Assembly (NCBI GenBank): GCA_965200965.1
Contig: OZ241744.1
Span: forward strand, 2,272,001-2,336,000
Direction of reading: 5' to 3'
From: an uncultured Candidatus Binatia bacterium
Lineage (GTDB): Bacteria > Desulfobacterota > Binatia > Bin18
DNA length: 64,000 bases
In this document: in pieces, positions 30,119 through 38,586 of the stretch
Layout of the letters: each line of letters starts with the position of its first letter
Numbering within the stretch: the stretch's first letter is position 1
Notes under the pieces: generated by a model
Databases searched by the model: none
Seen by the model: only the letters and a program-made list of their open reading frames with translations
What the model was told of the DNA's origin: nothing
Program-made: the position numbers and the translations under genes

Positions 30119-31043
30119 CGAAAAGATCGAAATCAACCTCATTTTGGGAAACCATATTACCAACATCGGTAATGCCTTTCTTGATATGGGCTCAGAGATG
30201 TCACTATCTCTAGCATATCCGAATGCAGCAATTCGTAAGTCCTCTTCTTTTCCTGTATGGTTTGGAGATCAACGCAAAAACAGAAGGTACCTCAAACACG
30301 ATCTCTTTACTCTTGCAGATAAAATACCATGCAGCTTTGCAGTCTTTTCTGGAATGGTAGTAACAGAGAGATTTATCAGGCGTTATGGTACCCTGATACG
30401 GTTGCTGAGAAAACGCGGGGCAAGAATCATACTAAACGGAGCGGGTCCAGTATTTTATTCCAGCGGTGAGGCAGCGGAAGTAATTGCTTTTTGGCGCAGA
30501 TACGGTCTCTATGGTCTCGTATCCAGGGACAGATATACATTCGAAACGTACAAGAACATGGCTGAACATGCCTACGATGGTATTGATTGCGGATTTTTCT
30601 TGAGTGACGCTTTTATTCCGGTAGTTTTGGATGTAGAATCATTCAATATATTAACTTTTGACAGCATGCGTGAACCAGATGCTCTTGGGTCGCGGATGGC
30701 CGTGCGTCCTCATCATAAACTGTACCCTCCTCCTGATAAGAGGACCCTTCGGAGTATGAACAAGAAAAATTGGCTCTTCTCCGAGCAGGTATCAGATATT
30801 CTCAACGTGTACGCTAACGCCAAGGAAGTCTACTCAGACCGAGTCCATGCATGTGTAGCCGCTGCTTCATTCGGTAAGCCCTTCCAACTTTATTCGGATT
30901 CGAAAAGGGCACTTCTTTTTGAGAGACTCGGCGTTTCCCTGAAAGAATTGCGCCACCATTTGGTAAAAGTAGATGAGGAGAGACTTCAAAAAGAAAAAGA
31001 TGATCAGGTAGGATACCTTAAAAGCATACTGATTACACAATGA
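30111..31043 (+). CDS. polysaccharide pyruvyltransferase family protein
   Basis: NIGN, SRD..T, D.GF and SDRVHA...GKP motifs; TTG start after GAGGTG. Confidence 0.75.
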   Translation: MSSEKIEINLILGNHITNIGNAFLDMGSEMSLSLAYPNAAIRKSSSFPVWFGDQRKNRRYLKHDLFTLADKIPCSFAVFSGMVVTERFIRRYGTLIRLLRKRGARIILNGAGPVFYSSGEAAEVIAFWRRYGLYGLVSRDRYTFETYKNMAEHAYDGIDCGFFLSDAFIPVVLDVESFNILTFDSMREPDALGSRMAVRPHHKLYPPPDKRTLRSMNKKNWLFSEQVSDILNVYANAKEVYSDRVHACVAAASFGKPFQLYSDSKRALLFERLGVSLKELRHHLVKVDEERLQKEKDDQVGYLKSILITQ

Positions 31044-31060
31044 TATCTCGAATGAGGTGA

Positions 31061-32173
31061 GTGATGCGATTTGAACAATTTCTCAAAGTGCTGGGACGCC
31101 AGTTCCCTGAGCGGTATCATGCCAACCTGCGAAGAACATATGAAATACAGAGAGAAGTCATACAATCACTGATGATTCACCGTATGCCACGCATGGGGTG
31201 CCGGGTAGTTTTTAGAGATTATGAAATAGCGGACCTGGAAAGATATCTTTGTCGAGGTCCGGGCCCTGATGAGATCATGGTCAAGGTCCTCTTCTCAGCT
31301 ATAAGCGTAGGGACCGAAAGAGCCGTTCTCCTCGGTTTACCTAATGCTACTCGAGCAATGCCTTTCTATCCTGGCTATTCGGGATGCGGAATAGTGATTG
31401 CAACAGGGAAAAAGGTACATGAAATTCAACCAGGAGATTTGATTGCCGGACGGCTGAGCCACAACTCATATACTGTGGTGAGTCCTTCTCAACTCGTCTC
31501 CTTCAAAGGCGACCAGTTCTCTCCTGCAATGTCCCTCATTGAACTGGGATGCATTGTGCAACAGGCAATGCGCAAATCACAGACTCAGTTGGGCGAACAT
31601 GTGGCAATTGTGGGCACTGGCTTACTGGGGCAGATGGCTGCGATTTATGCCCATCATCTGGGAGCCGGTCGCATAACCTTGATAGGCAGAAGTGAGCGTA
31701 GGAGAACCAGAACAGACGATCTGCCAGTGGAACATGATTATGTCACAGCAGCTGACGTTGATGCCACCGACGAGATTAAGAAATTAGGAGCGGACGTTGT
31801 GATTGAGGCTGCCGGAACTGCCCCTGCGTTGATTGTCGCCATTGAGGCTGCTGGACGGGAGGGCAGAATCGTAAATCTTGGGAGCACCAGGGATTATATC
31901 AATGCTGCTGACTTTGTAAGTCACCTGACTCGGAAGAGTGCATTCCTGATCGGAGCACACATTTCGACAATCGACAATATGAAAAGCTCACCTGATGCAT
32001 GGACACACGGAAAAGAGCGTGAACTGTTTCGTCGTCTGGTTACGGAGGGGAAATTTGAAGGTCTCCCACACGACACCATGCAGGTAGAAAGACGGGAAAA
32101 TATCAATATCCTGTATGAGGATATTATCCGAAGACAGAGAAAATCCGGGGTCATGCTTCTTGCCTGGAAATGA
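31061..32173 (+). CDS. MDR-family dehydrogenase lacking the catalytic zinc Cys
   Basis: SAISVGTE, PGYSGCG, GTGLLG and DVVIEAAG motifs. Confidence 0.8.
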   Translation: MMRFEQFLKVLGRQFPERYHANLRRTYEIQREVIQSLMIHRMPRMGCRVVFRDYEIADLERYLCRGPGPDEIMVKVLFSAISVGTERAVLLGLPNATRAMPFYPGYSGCGIVIATGKKVHEIQPGDLIAGRLSHNSYTVVSPSQLVSFKGDQFSPAMSLIELGCIVQQAMRKSQTQLGEHVAIVGTGLLGQMAAIYAHHLGAGRITLIGRSERRRTRTDDLPVEHDYVTAADVDATDEIKKLGADVVIEAAGTAPALIVAIEAAGREGRIVNLGSTRDYINAADFVSHLTRKSAFLIGAHISTIDNMKSSPDAWTHGKERELFRRLVTEGKFEGLPHDTMQVERRENINILYEDIIRRQRKSGVMLLAWK

Positions 32174-32174
32174 T

Positions 32175-33401
32175 ATGACAGACTCTTCCAATCCCAGAAT
32201 ACTCTTCCTTTCCAGCAGCTTCCTGCCGACAATCGGGGGACTTCAGTACGAGTTGAAATGGTTTCTTGATAACCTGGACAGGCGTTTGAGTGAACGCGGT
32301 GACATGCAGGTTCATTTTGCCTATCCGAACGAAGACTCCGAGCCCTACACGCATTTCAACCACATCTCGACACACGACTTGCAGCTGAGCGACCTGCGCA
32401 AGCCCACAGTGGCGTGGATGCTCAGCAGGTTGGGAAGACTCCTGAGAAGGATCAGACCCGACATAGTTCACTGTCATGGAATACTGCCCGACGGTCTGTG
32501 GGTTCTTCTGGCAAGCCGGCTGTTTCAAGTCCGAACGAAAATCGTAGTGAGCTCTCACGGACAGGATATCGTATGGCTGCCCCAATGGCACTATGGCTTG
32601 CGGCAATCCATACGGGCGAGGTTTCTCGCCAGACAGGTAGCCAGGCGGATATCCGCCCATGTGCTGCCCAGCCGCGCTCTCCTTGGCTTTGCCCTTGAGG
32701 CCGGTACCCCGAAGAAGAACATCACCATCATCCCCAATGGTATTCCCGTTGGTCCGGACTACGACTTTGAGCAGGATTCTCCAGGGTATCCATTCAAGCC
32801 CGAGTGTGATACCGCTGACCTGCGTCAGGGCGACGGCCTCAACATTCTCTCCCTCTCCAGTGCGCGGGAGATCAAGAATCTCGACGCCTTGATTGAGGCA
32901 TTCGCCCTGGTCAAGCCCAAACTTGGCAGTTCAAAATTACTGCTGGCATGTGATAATCCAGCGGCTCAGCGAATTGTCCGGCTGGTCAAAGACAGAGGGC
33001 TGAGCCAACAAGTCGTGTTCATCGGAACGGTTACAGGGCCAAGCAAGCATTCCTGCATTCGCGCCAGTGATATCTACTGTCTGCCATCGTATTTTGAGAA
33101 TTGTCCTCTTTCTCTACTTGAAGCCATGAAGTTTGAGACCGCTGTTCTGGCCACCAGGGCCGGTGGTATCCCGGAGTTCGTTGAAGACGGAAAAAACGGC
33201 CTGCTGGTATTCCCCACAGATAGAGAGGGAATGGCGGCAGCCCTGGTAAGACTGCACAGAGATGCCGGCCTGCGAAGGCGGCTCATAAGAAATGGCTTAC
33301 AGACCGTCAAGCGCTATTCAATTTCTCGCACAATCGAAGCACATCTCGCGCTCTATCTGCGTCTCTGTCATTCCGAAGTCAGCGAGGGTTTGACAGCGTG
33401 A
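32175..33401 (+). CDS. glycosyltransferase family 4
   Basis: PTIGG, PDIVHCH, IPNG and ENCPLSLLEAM motifs. Confidence 0.88.
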   Translation: MTDSSNPRILFLSSSFLPTIGGLQYELKWFLDNLDRRLSERGDMQVHFAYPNEDSEPYTHFNHISTHDLQLSDLRKPTVAWMLSRLGRLLRRIRPDIVHCHGILPDGLWVLLASRLFQVRTKIVVSSHGQDIVWLPQWHYGLRQSIRARFLARQVARRISAHVLPSRALLGFALEAGTPKKNITIIPNGIPVGPDYDFEQDSPGYPFKPECDTADLRQGDGLNILSLSSAREIKNLDALIEAFALVKPKLGSSKLLLACDNPAAQRIVRLVKDRGLSQQVVFIGTVTGPSKHSCIRASDIYCLPSYFENCPLSLLEAMKFETAVLATRAGGIPEFVEDGKNGLLVFPTDREGMAAALVRLHRDAGLRRRLIRNGLQTVKRYSISRTIEAHLALYLRLCHSEVSEGLTA

Positions 33402-34282
33402 CACTTCCAGCCGGCACGAGCGTCACGCCATTCGAGCGGAAAAGAGCCGAACTGCACACCGGCGACCTGTCCGAAGCCTGGTATCGGCACGCTGCAAAAA
33501 CTCTCAGAGGCGGAGACGGCGGCGAACACGGCATCCTGCTCTACAAGCTGCTGCACCAACGCTCTGACTCCGGTCATCCCCTGGTCATTCTGGATATCGG
33601 CACAGCCAGAGGTTTCTCCGCCCTCACACTGGCCCGCGCTCTGCTTGACACAAATATCAGCGGGCATGTGTATAGCGTGGATATCATCGCCCATCACCAA
33701 GCGCGCAACTGGCACGGGGACAAACACCGGGCTGATGAACCGCTGGCCGGACTCGAAATAAGCCGCTCGGAAATCTGGAACAGGTGGTTCCCGGCTGAAG
33801 CTGCCAGGGTAACGGCTCTCACCGCTCAATCTGCGGATGTTCTGGACAAGTGGGAGCGTGGGCCTGTTGATATTGCCTTCCTGGACGGCCGTCATACCCG
33901 CGCCAATGTGAAGAAGGAGTTAGCCCTGTTGGACCCGCTGAGCCGGGAAGGGGGCATCATCGTGCTCGATGATTACCACCTTGGGGTGAGCGCCGTCCAT
34001 ATCCGCTCCCGACTGCTCAACCTCATCGCCCATGCCCTGGCAAAGGCGCTGCCTCCGGCTGGCAAACTCCGCCCCGGTCTTGGGAAAGACAACGAGTTTG
34101 TCGTTGTCAAGCAAAGATTTTCCGGCATCCGCCACGCGGTCAGGGAGTTTCTCGAAGAGCGACAAGGCCGGTGGGCGCTCGAGATCATACCCATGCCGAC
34201 CCGCGGAGAGTATCAGGGCGACGACTATGCGCTGGCCCTCCTTACCCGGACACAGCAGACGGAAGGCCGTGCAATCCCATGA
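33398..34282 (+). CDS. class I SAM-dependent methyltransferase (Methyltransf_24-like)
   Basis: LDIGTARGFS, DIAFLDGRH and GGIIVLDD motifs. Confidence 0.82.
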   Translation: MTLPAGTSVTPFERKRAELHTGDLSEAWYRHAAKTLRGGDGGEHGILLYKLLHQRSDSGHPLVILDIGTARGFSALTLARALLDTNISGHVYSVDIIAHHQARNWHGDKHRADEPLAGLEISRSEIWNRWFPAEAARVTALTAQSADVLDKWERGPVDIAFLDGRHTRANVKKELALLDPLSREGGIIVLDDYHLGVSAVHIRSRLLNLIAHALAKALPPAGKLRPGLGKDNEFVVVKQRFSGIRHAVREFLEERQGRWALEIIPMPTRGEYQGDDYALALLTRTQQTEGRAIP

Positions 34283-35610
34283 GCCTTCGAGACACAATCG
34301 CTGACAGGCAAGCCGTCGTGGCGATAGCCGGGTTGGGCTATGTCGGGCTGCCTTTGGCCGTGGCGTTTGCCGAAGCTGGCTTTGTGGTCCGTGGCATAGA
34401 CACAGCGCCAGAAAAGGTGCGTCTGCTCAACGCTGGCCGCTCACCTGTCCACGATGTCCCTTCGGAGACGATTGAGAAACTCGCAGGCGGCAGGAACGCC
34501 AGGCTGGCCGTGGGAGATGATTACGACATGGTGAATCAGGCGGATGTGGCCATTGTGTGCGTGCCAACTCCGCTGAACAAAACCAGGGAGCCGGACATTT
34601 CGCATATCATTGCCACCGTGGAGGCCCTGTCGCCACGACTGCACGCAGATATGCTGGTCGTAGTGGAGAGCACCTCCTATCCCGGGTCAACCGAAGAACT
34701 CGTCCTGCCCCGCCTGCTGGCCGGCACTCCGAAGCCTCTCGATATCGGCCGGAATTTCTTTGTCGCTTTTTCACCCGAACGGCTTGACCCTGGACAGCAT
34801 AGATGGAATCTTGCCAACACTCCGAAAGTGCTTGGTGGAATCACCGCAGAATGCACCCAAGTCGCAACCGTCCTGTACAGCGCTATCGTCGAGAAGGTTA
34901 TTCCGGTCTCCTCTTCCAGGACGGCTGAAATGGTCAAGCTGCTGGAGAATACTTTTCGGGCTGTGAACATTGCACTGGCCAACGAAACAGCCCTCATATG
35001 CAACAGGCTGGGAATAGATGTCTGGGAAGTTATCGAATCGGCCAGCACCAAGCCCTTTGGCTATATGCCCTTCCATCCCGGCCCCGGCCTTGGCGGGCAC
35101 TGCATTCCCGTTGACCCCCGGTATCTGGCCTGGAGACTGAAAAGCCTGGATTACACCGCACGATTCATCCAGTGTGCCGAAGAGGTCAACTCCTCAATGC
35201 CACGCTATGTTCTCGAACGCATAAGCGACACGCTGAACGATGAAGCCAAAGCGCTGAGAGGATCGCAGGTGTTGATCCTGGGCGTCGCCTATAAACCAGA
35301 TGTCAGCGACACCCGAGAGTCTCCCGCCCTGGCCCTGATCCATCTCCTGATGCAAAAAGGAGCCGCGGTGATGTACCATGACCCCTTCGTCCCCGATCTG
35401 CGGGAAGACGGTCTCGACATGCACAGCCTGGAAACGCCGGGACAGCCTGCGTTGGATGATGCCCTGGCGGCTGCCGACTGTGTGGTGATCGTCACCAACC
35501 ACAGCGCCTATGACTGGGAAAAAATTGTCCGAAACAGCCGCAGAATTGTCGATACCCGCAATGCAACCAAGGGCGTGACCTCGAATGCAGGAAAAGTGAC
35601 TAAGATCTAG
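34279..35610 (+). CDS. nucleotide-sugar 6-dehydrogenase (UDP-GlcNAc/ManNAc dehydrogenase, WbpA/WecC-like)
   Basis: GLGYVGLP, CVPTP, ESTSYPG, SPER and GGHCIPVDP motifs. Confidence 0.93.
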   Translation: MSLRDTIADRQAVVAIAGLGYVGLPLAVAFAEAGFVVRGIDTAPEKVRLLNAGRSPVHDVPSETIEKLAGGRNARLAVGDDYDMVNQADVAIVCVPTPLNKTREPDISHIIATVEALSPRLHADMLVVVESTSYPGSTEELVLPRLLAGTPKPLDIGRNFFVAFSPERLDPGQHRWNLANTPKVLGGITAECTQVATVLYSAIVEKVIPVSSSRTAEMVKLLENTFRAVNIALANETALICNRLGIDVWEVIESASTKPFGYMPFHPGPGLGGHCIPVDPRYLAWRLKSLDYTARFIQCAEEVNSSMPRYVLERISDTLNDEAKALRGSQVLILGVAYKPDVSDTRESPALALIHLLMQKGAAVMYHDPFVPDLREDGLDMHSLETPGQPALDDALAAADCVVIVTNHSAYDWEKIVRNSRRIVDTRNATKGVTSNAGKVTKI

Positions 35611-35613
35611 GCC

Positions 35614-36735
35614 ATGCGCCTCGTGTACACTGCCCCCAGATACCACACCAACCAGCACTTCATCGCCAAAGCGCTTCTGGACGCCGGGCATAGCGTGTCA
35701 TTTCTGGTACTGCGGCAAGGGCCAAGCGAGACCTATGAAGCTCTGACCCCGACCGTCCTGGGCTGCTGGCCGGCTTTTGACACAATCCGGCGTCTGGCGG
35801 CCACATGCCCCGGCGTCAGCCTCAGCGACACCGGCGGGCTGCCGTCGCCCCTCAAGTTCTGGTGCGCCATGCGAAGCCTGCGCCCCTCGGCAGTGGTCGC
35901 CCGCGACCCCTTCTCCGCCTATGGCCTGCTCTCCGTACTGGTGACAAAGCTCATCGGTGCGCGGCTGGTCCTCTCCATCCAGACGCCACAACACCGCCGA
36001 CTGAGGTGGTGGAAACGCGCCCTCCTCACCCTCGTCCGGCGCATCACCGGAGCCGAATGGATGACGCCGGTACTCGGCTCGCCCGAGCAAGACAAACCGG
36101 CGCAGACCCCCTTGCACTATGTGCCCTTCGTCATGCCGCCGCAGACCGCCCCAGACGACAAGCAGTGGTTTGCCGGCGGAGTGGTGAAGGTGCTGGCAAT
36201 CGGCAAATTCGAGCCACGCAAGAACCATCGCCTGTTCCTGGAAGCCATCCGCCGGCTCTCACACCGCCACGCGGTCCGGGCCACAATCATCGGCGAATGC
36301 TCCACCCAGGCGCATCAGTGTGAACTGGAGGCCGTCAAGCGGCACTGCACACGCCTGGGTCTGGACGATGTGCTTGAGTTCGCCCTGAACCTGCCGTTTT
36401 CCGAGGTCCAGCGACGCTATGCCGAGCATGACATATTCGTCCTCGCCAGCCGCGACGAGTGGGCGGCCATCTCGCCTCTTGAAGCGATGGCGCACTCCCT
36501 GCCCGTGGTGTGCAGCGACTCGAACGGCACCCAATACTGCATCCAGCCTGGGGAGAACGGTTTTGTGTTCCGCACCAACGACCTTGACGATCTGGAAGCG
36601 TGTCTGCTCAGGCTGCTCAGCGACCGCAAGAGGCTGGTGGCAATGGGACGCCGCAGCTACCAACTCGTCGTCTCTGAGCACACGCCCGGACGCTATGTGG
36701 AAACGCTCATGGCACTGGTCGGGGTGCCTCGGTGA
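35614..36735 (+). CDS. glycosyltransferase family 4
   Basis: GKFEPRKN and EWAAISPLEAMAHSLPVV motifs. Confidence 0.85.
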   Translation: MRLVYTAPRYHTNQHFIAKALLDAGHSVSFLVLRQGPSETYEALTPTVLGCWPAFDTIRRLAATCPGVSLSDTGGLPSPLKFWCAMRSLRPSAVVARDPFSAYGLLSVLVTKLIGARLVLSIQTPQHRRLRWWKRALLTLVRRITGAEWMTPVLGSPEQDKPAQTPLHYVPFVMPPQTAPDDKQWFAGGVVKVLAIGKFEPRKNHRLFLEAIRRLSHRHAVRATIIGECSTQAHQCELEAVKRHCTRLGLDDVLEFALNLPFSEVQRRYAEHDIFVLASRDEWAAISPLEAMAHSLPVVCSDSNGTQYCIQPGENGFVFRTNDLDDLEACLLRLLSDRKRLVAMGRRSYQLVVSEHTPGRYVETLMALVGVPR

Positions 36736-37826
36736 GCAGACGGATAGCACTGTTTCTGCCGTCCCTCGAAGGCGGCGGCGCAGAGCGGGCCATGCTGGAT
36801 ATTGCCACAGGGCTTGCCCAGGCCGGCCAGCCGGTAGACCTGCTGCTTGTCAAGGCTCACGGCCCCTATCTCGATCTGCTCCCCGAGGGCGTGTGTCTCA
36901 TAGACTTGAACGCCAGGCGCGCGCTGACAGCCCTCCTCCCGCTGCTCCGCTACCTGCGGCGCGAGCACCCCCGCGTCCTTATTGCCACCTTGCCCCACGC
37001 CAACGTCATTGCGCTTCTTGCCAAGAGGTTCTGCGCCGGACGGCTTCCAGTGATAGCCCGGCGGGCAAGTACCTTTACGCCGGAGTATACCCACGCCGGT
37101 TTCAAGGACCGGATGACGCTCAGGCTGGAGAAATATCTCCTGCCCTCCGCCAACGCAGTGGTGGCACTCTCGCACGAGATGGCTGACGACCTCAAGTGCA
37201 GCGTGCCCCGCGTTGCCCCTCTCATACAGATCATCTACAATCCTGTGGTGTGGCCTGACCATACCGACAAGGCAGGAATGCCGGTGAACCATCCCTGGTT
37301 TGGCGAAGACCTGCCGGTGATCCTGTCTGTCGGACGCCTGGCAGCGGTGAAGGGTCACGCGACATTGCTCAGGGCCTTTGCCGAGCTGCTGCAATCCCGC
37401 CCCGCCCGCCTGGTCGTACTCGGCGAAGGCCCTGAGCGGCGCAGCCTGATGGACCTCGCCCAAAACCTGGCAATCGCCCACGCCGTTGACTTCCCCGGAT
37501 TCCAGCCCAACCCCTTTGCCTATATGGCTGAGGCCAGCGTGGTCGTGCTCTCTTCCAGTTATGAGGGATTCCCCAATACGCTTGTTCAAGCAATGGCCTG
37601 CGGAACGCCGGTGGTCAGCACCAACTGCCCCAGCGGTCCCGGTGAGATACTGGAAGACGGACAATGGGGACGCCTCGTGCCGGTTGACGACCCACCTGCG
37701 CTGGCAAAGGCAATGCTCGACACCCTGGACAGTCCCGTTGAACCACGCTGGCTGGTCGCCAGAGCCAGGACCTACTCCGCCCAAGCCTCAATTGACCGCT
37801 ACCTGAAGCTCATCGCCACCTGCTGA
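36732..37826 (+). CDS. glycosyltransferase family 4
   Basis: GGGAER, IYNP, VGRL..KG and EGFPNTLVQAMACGTPVV motifs. Confidence 0.9.
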   Translation: MSRRIALFLPSLEGGGAERAMLDIATGLAQAGQPVDLLLVKAHGPYLDLLPEGVCLIDLNARRALTALLPLLRYLRREHPRVLIATLPHANVIALLAKRFCAGRLPVIARRASTFTPEYTHAGFKDRMTLRLEKYLLPSANAVVALSHEMADDLKCSVPRVAPLIQIIYNPVVWPDHTDKAGMPVNHPWFGEDLPVILSVGRLAAVKGHATLLRAFAELLQSRPARLVVLGEGPERRSLMDLAQNLAIAHAVDFPGFQPNPFAYMAEASVVVLSSSYEGFPNTLVQAMACGTPVVSTNCPSGPGEILEDGQWGRLVPVDDPPALAKAMLDTLDSPVEPRWLVARARTYSAQASIDRYLKLIATC

Positions 37827-37848
37827 AAACCGCCTTCCAGATCAATAC

Positions 37849-38586
37849 ATGTTACGTTATGTCAATAAGCCCGCCACCCTGGCAGGGTTCATCAAATATG
37901 CCGGGAGAGCATTTGCCCGCAGAGTATTCGGGCTTGATGTGCGCACTGCTGCCTCCCGCCGGTATGACCTGCACGGCTTCGAGTATCATTACAAATACCT
38001 CAGCCGGTTCATGCACTTCGAGAAATTGCTCGCCGATATCAAGCCTCTCACCGGAAGTATCGTCGAATGCGGTGTAGGTCCTGGGCGGTCTCTCTTCGAT
38101 TTTGCTGTCATATCAATCCTCCACAACACACCCAGACACATTATCGGGTTCGATACCTTCTGCGGTATTCCCGACGCAACGCCACAGGATGGGAAATGGA
38201 ACGCTCATATAAGAGGAACCTGGAGCTATCCCGTGGATCATGTGCGTGAAAATCTCCTGCTTGCCGGATTGGAGGAAGAGTTCATTCGGACCAACATCAC
38301 GCTTATTCCGGGGGAGTTCAGCCAATCGCTGCCTGCTTACAAGATGGAAGGCGGGATCGCCTTCCTGCATATTGATGTAGACCTGTACGAATCCTACAGG
38401 ACGGTCCTGGAACATCTCTATGACCATGTTGTGCCAGGTGGTATCACCGCGTTTGACGAGTATGGCTTGGCTGCCTAGCCCGGAGCAACGAGGGCGATCG
38501 ATGAATTCTTTGAAGAGAGGCCAGAGAAGGTGCTCAATTCCCCGGTGACGGAGAGGTACTGGTATACACGAAAGGGCGGCGGATGA
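37849..38586 (+). pseudogene. TylF/MycF/NovP-type O-methyltransferase with in-frame TAG at 38476-38478
   Basis: GSIVECGV, GFDTF.G, LHIDVDLYES, GG...FDEY; reading continues *PGATRAIDEFF to TGA 38586, which overlaps the next ATG. Confidence 0.8.

Noticed and set aside
38476-38478. Pyrrolysine or genetic-code reassignment at the TAG
   Set aside because: The position corresponds to a conserved Trp, no pyl genes are seen, and TAG terminates many other genes here.
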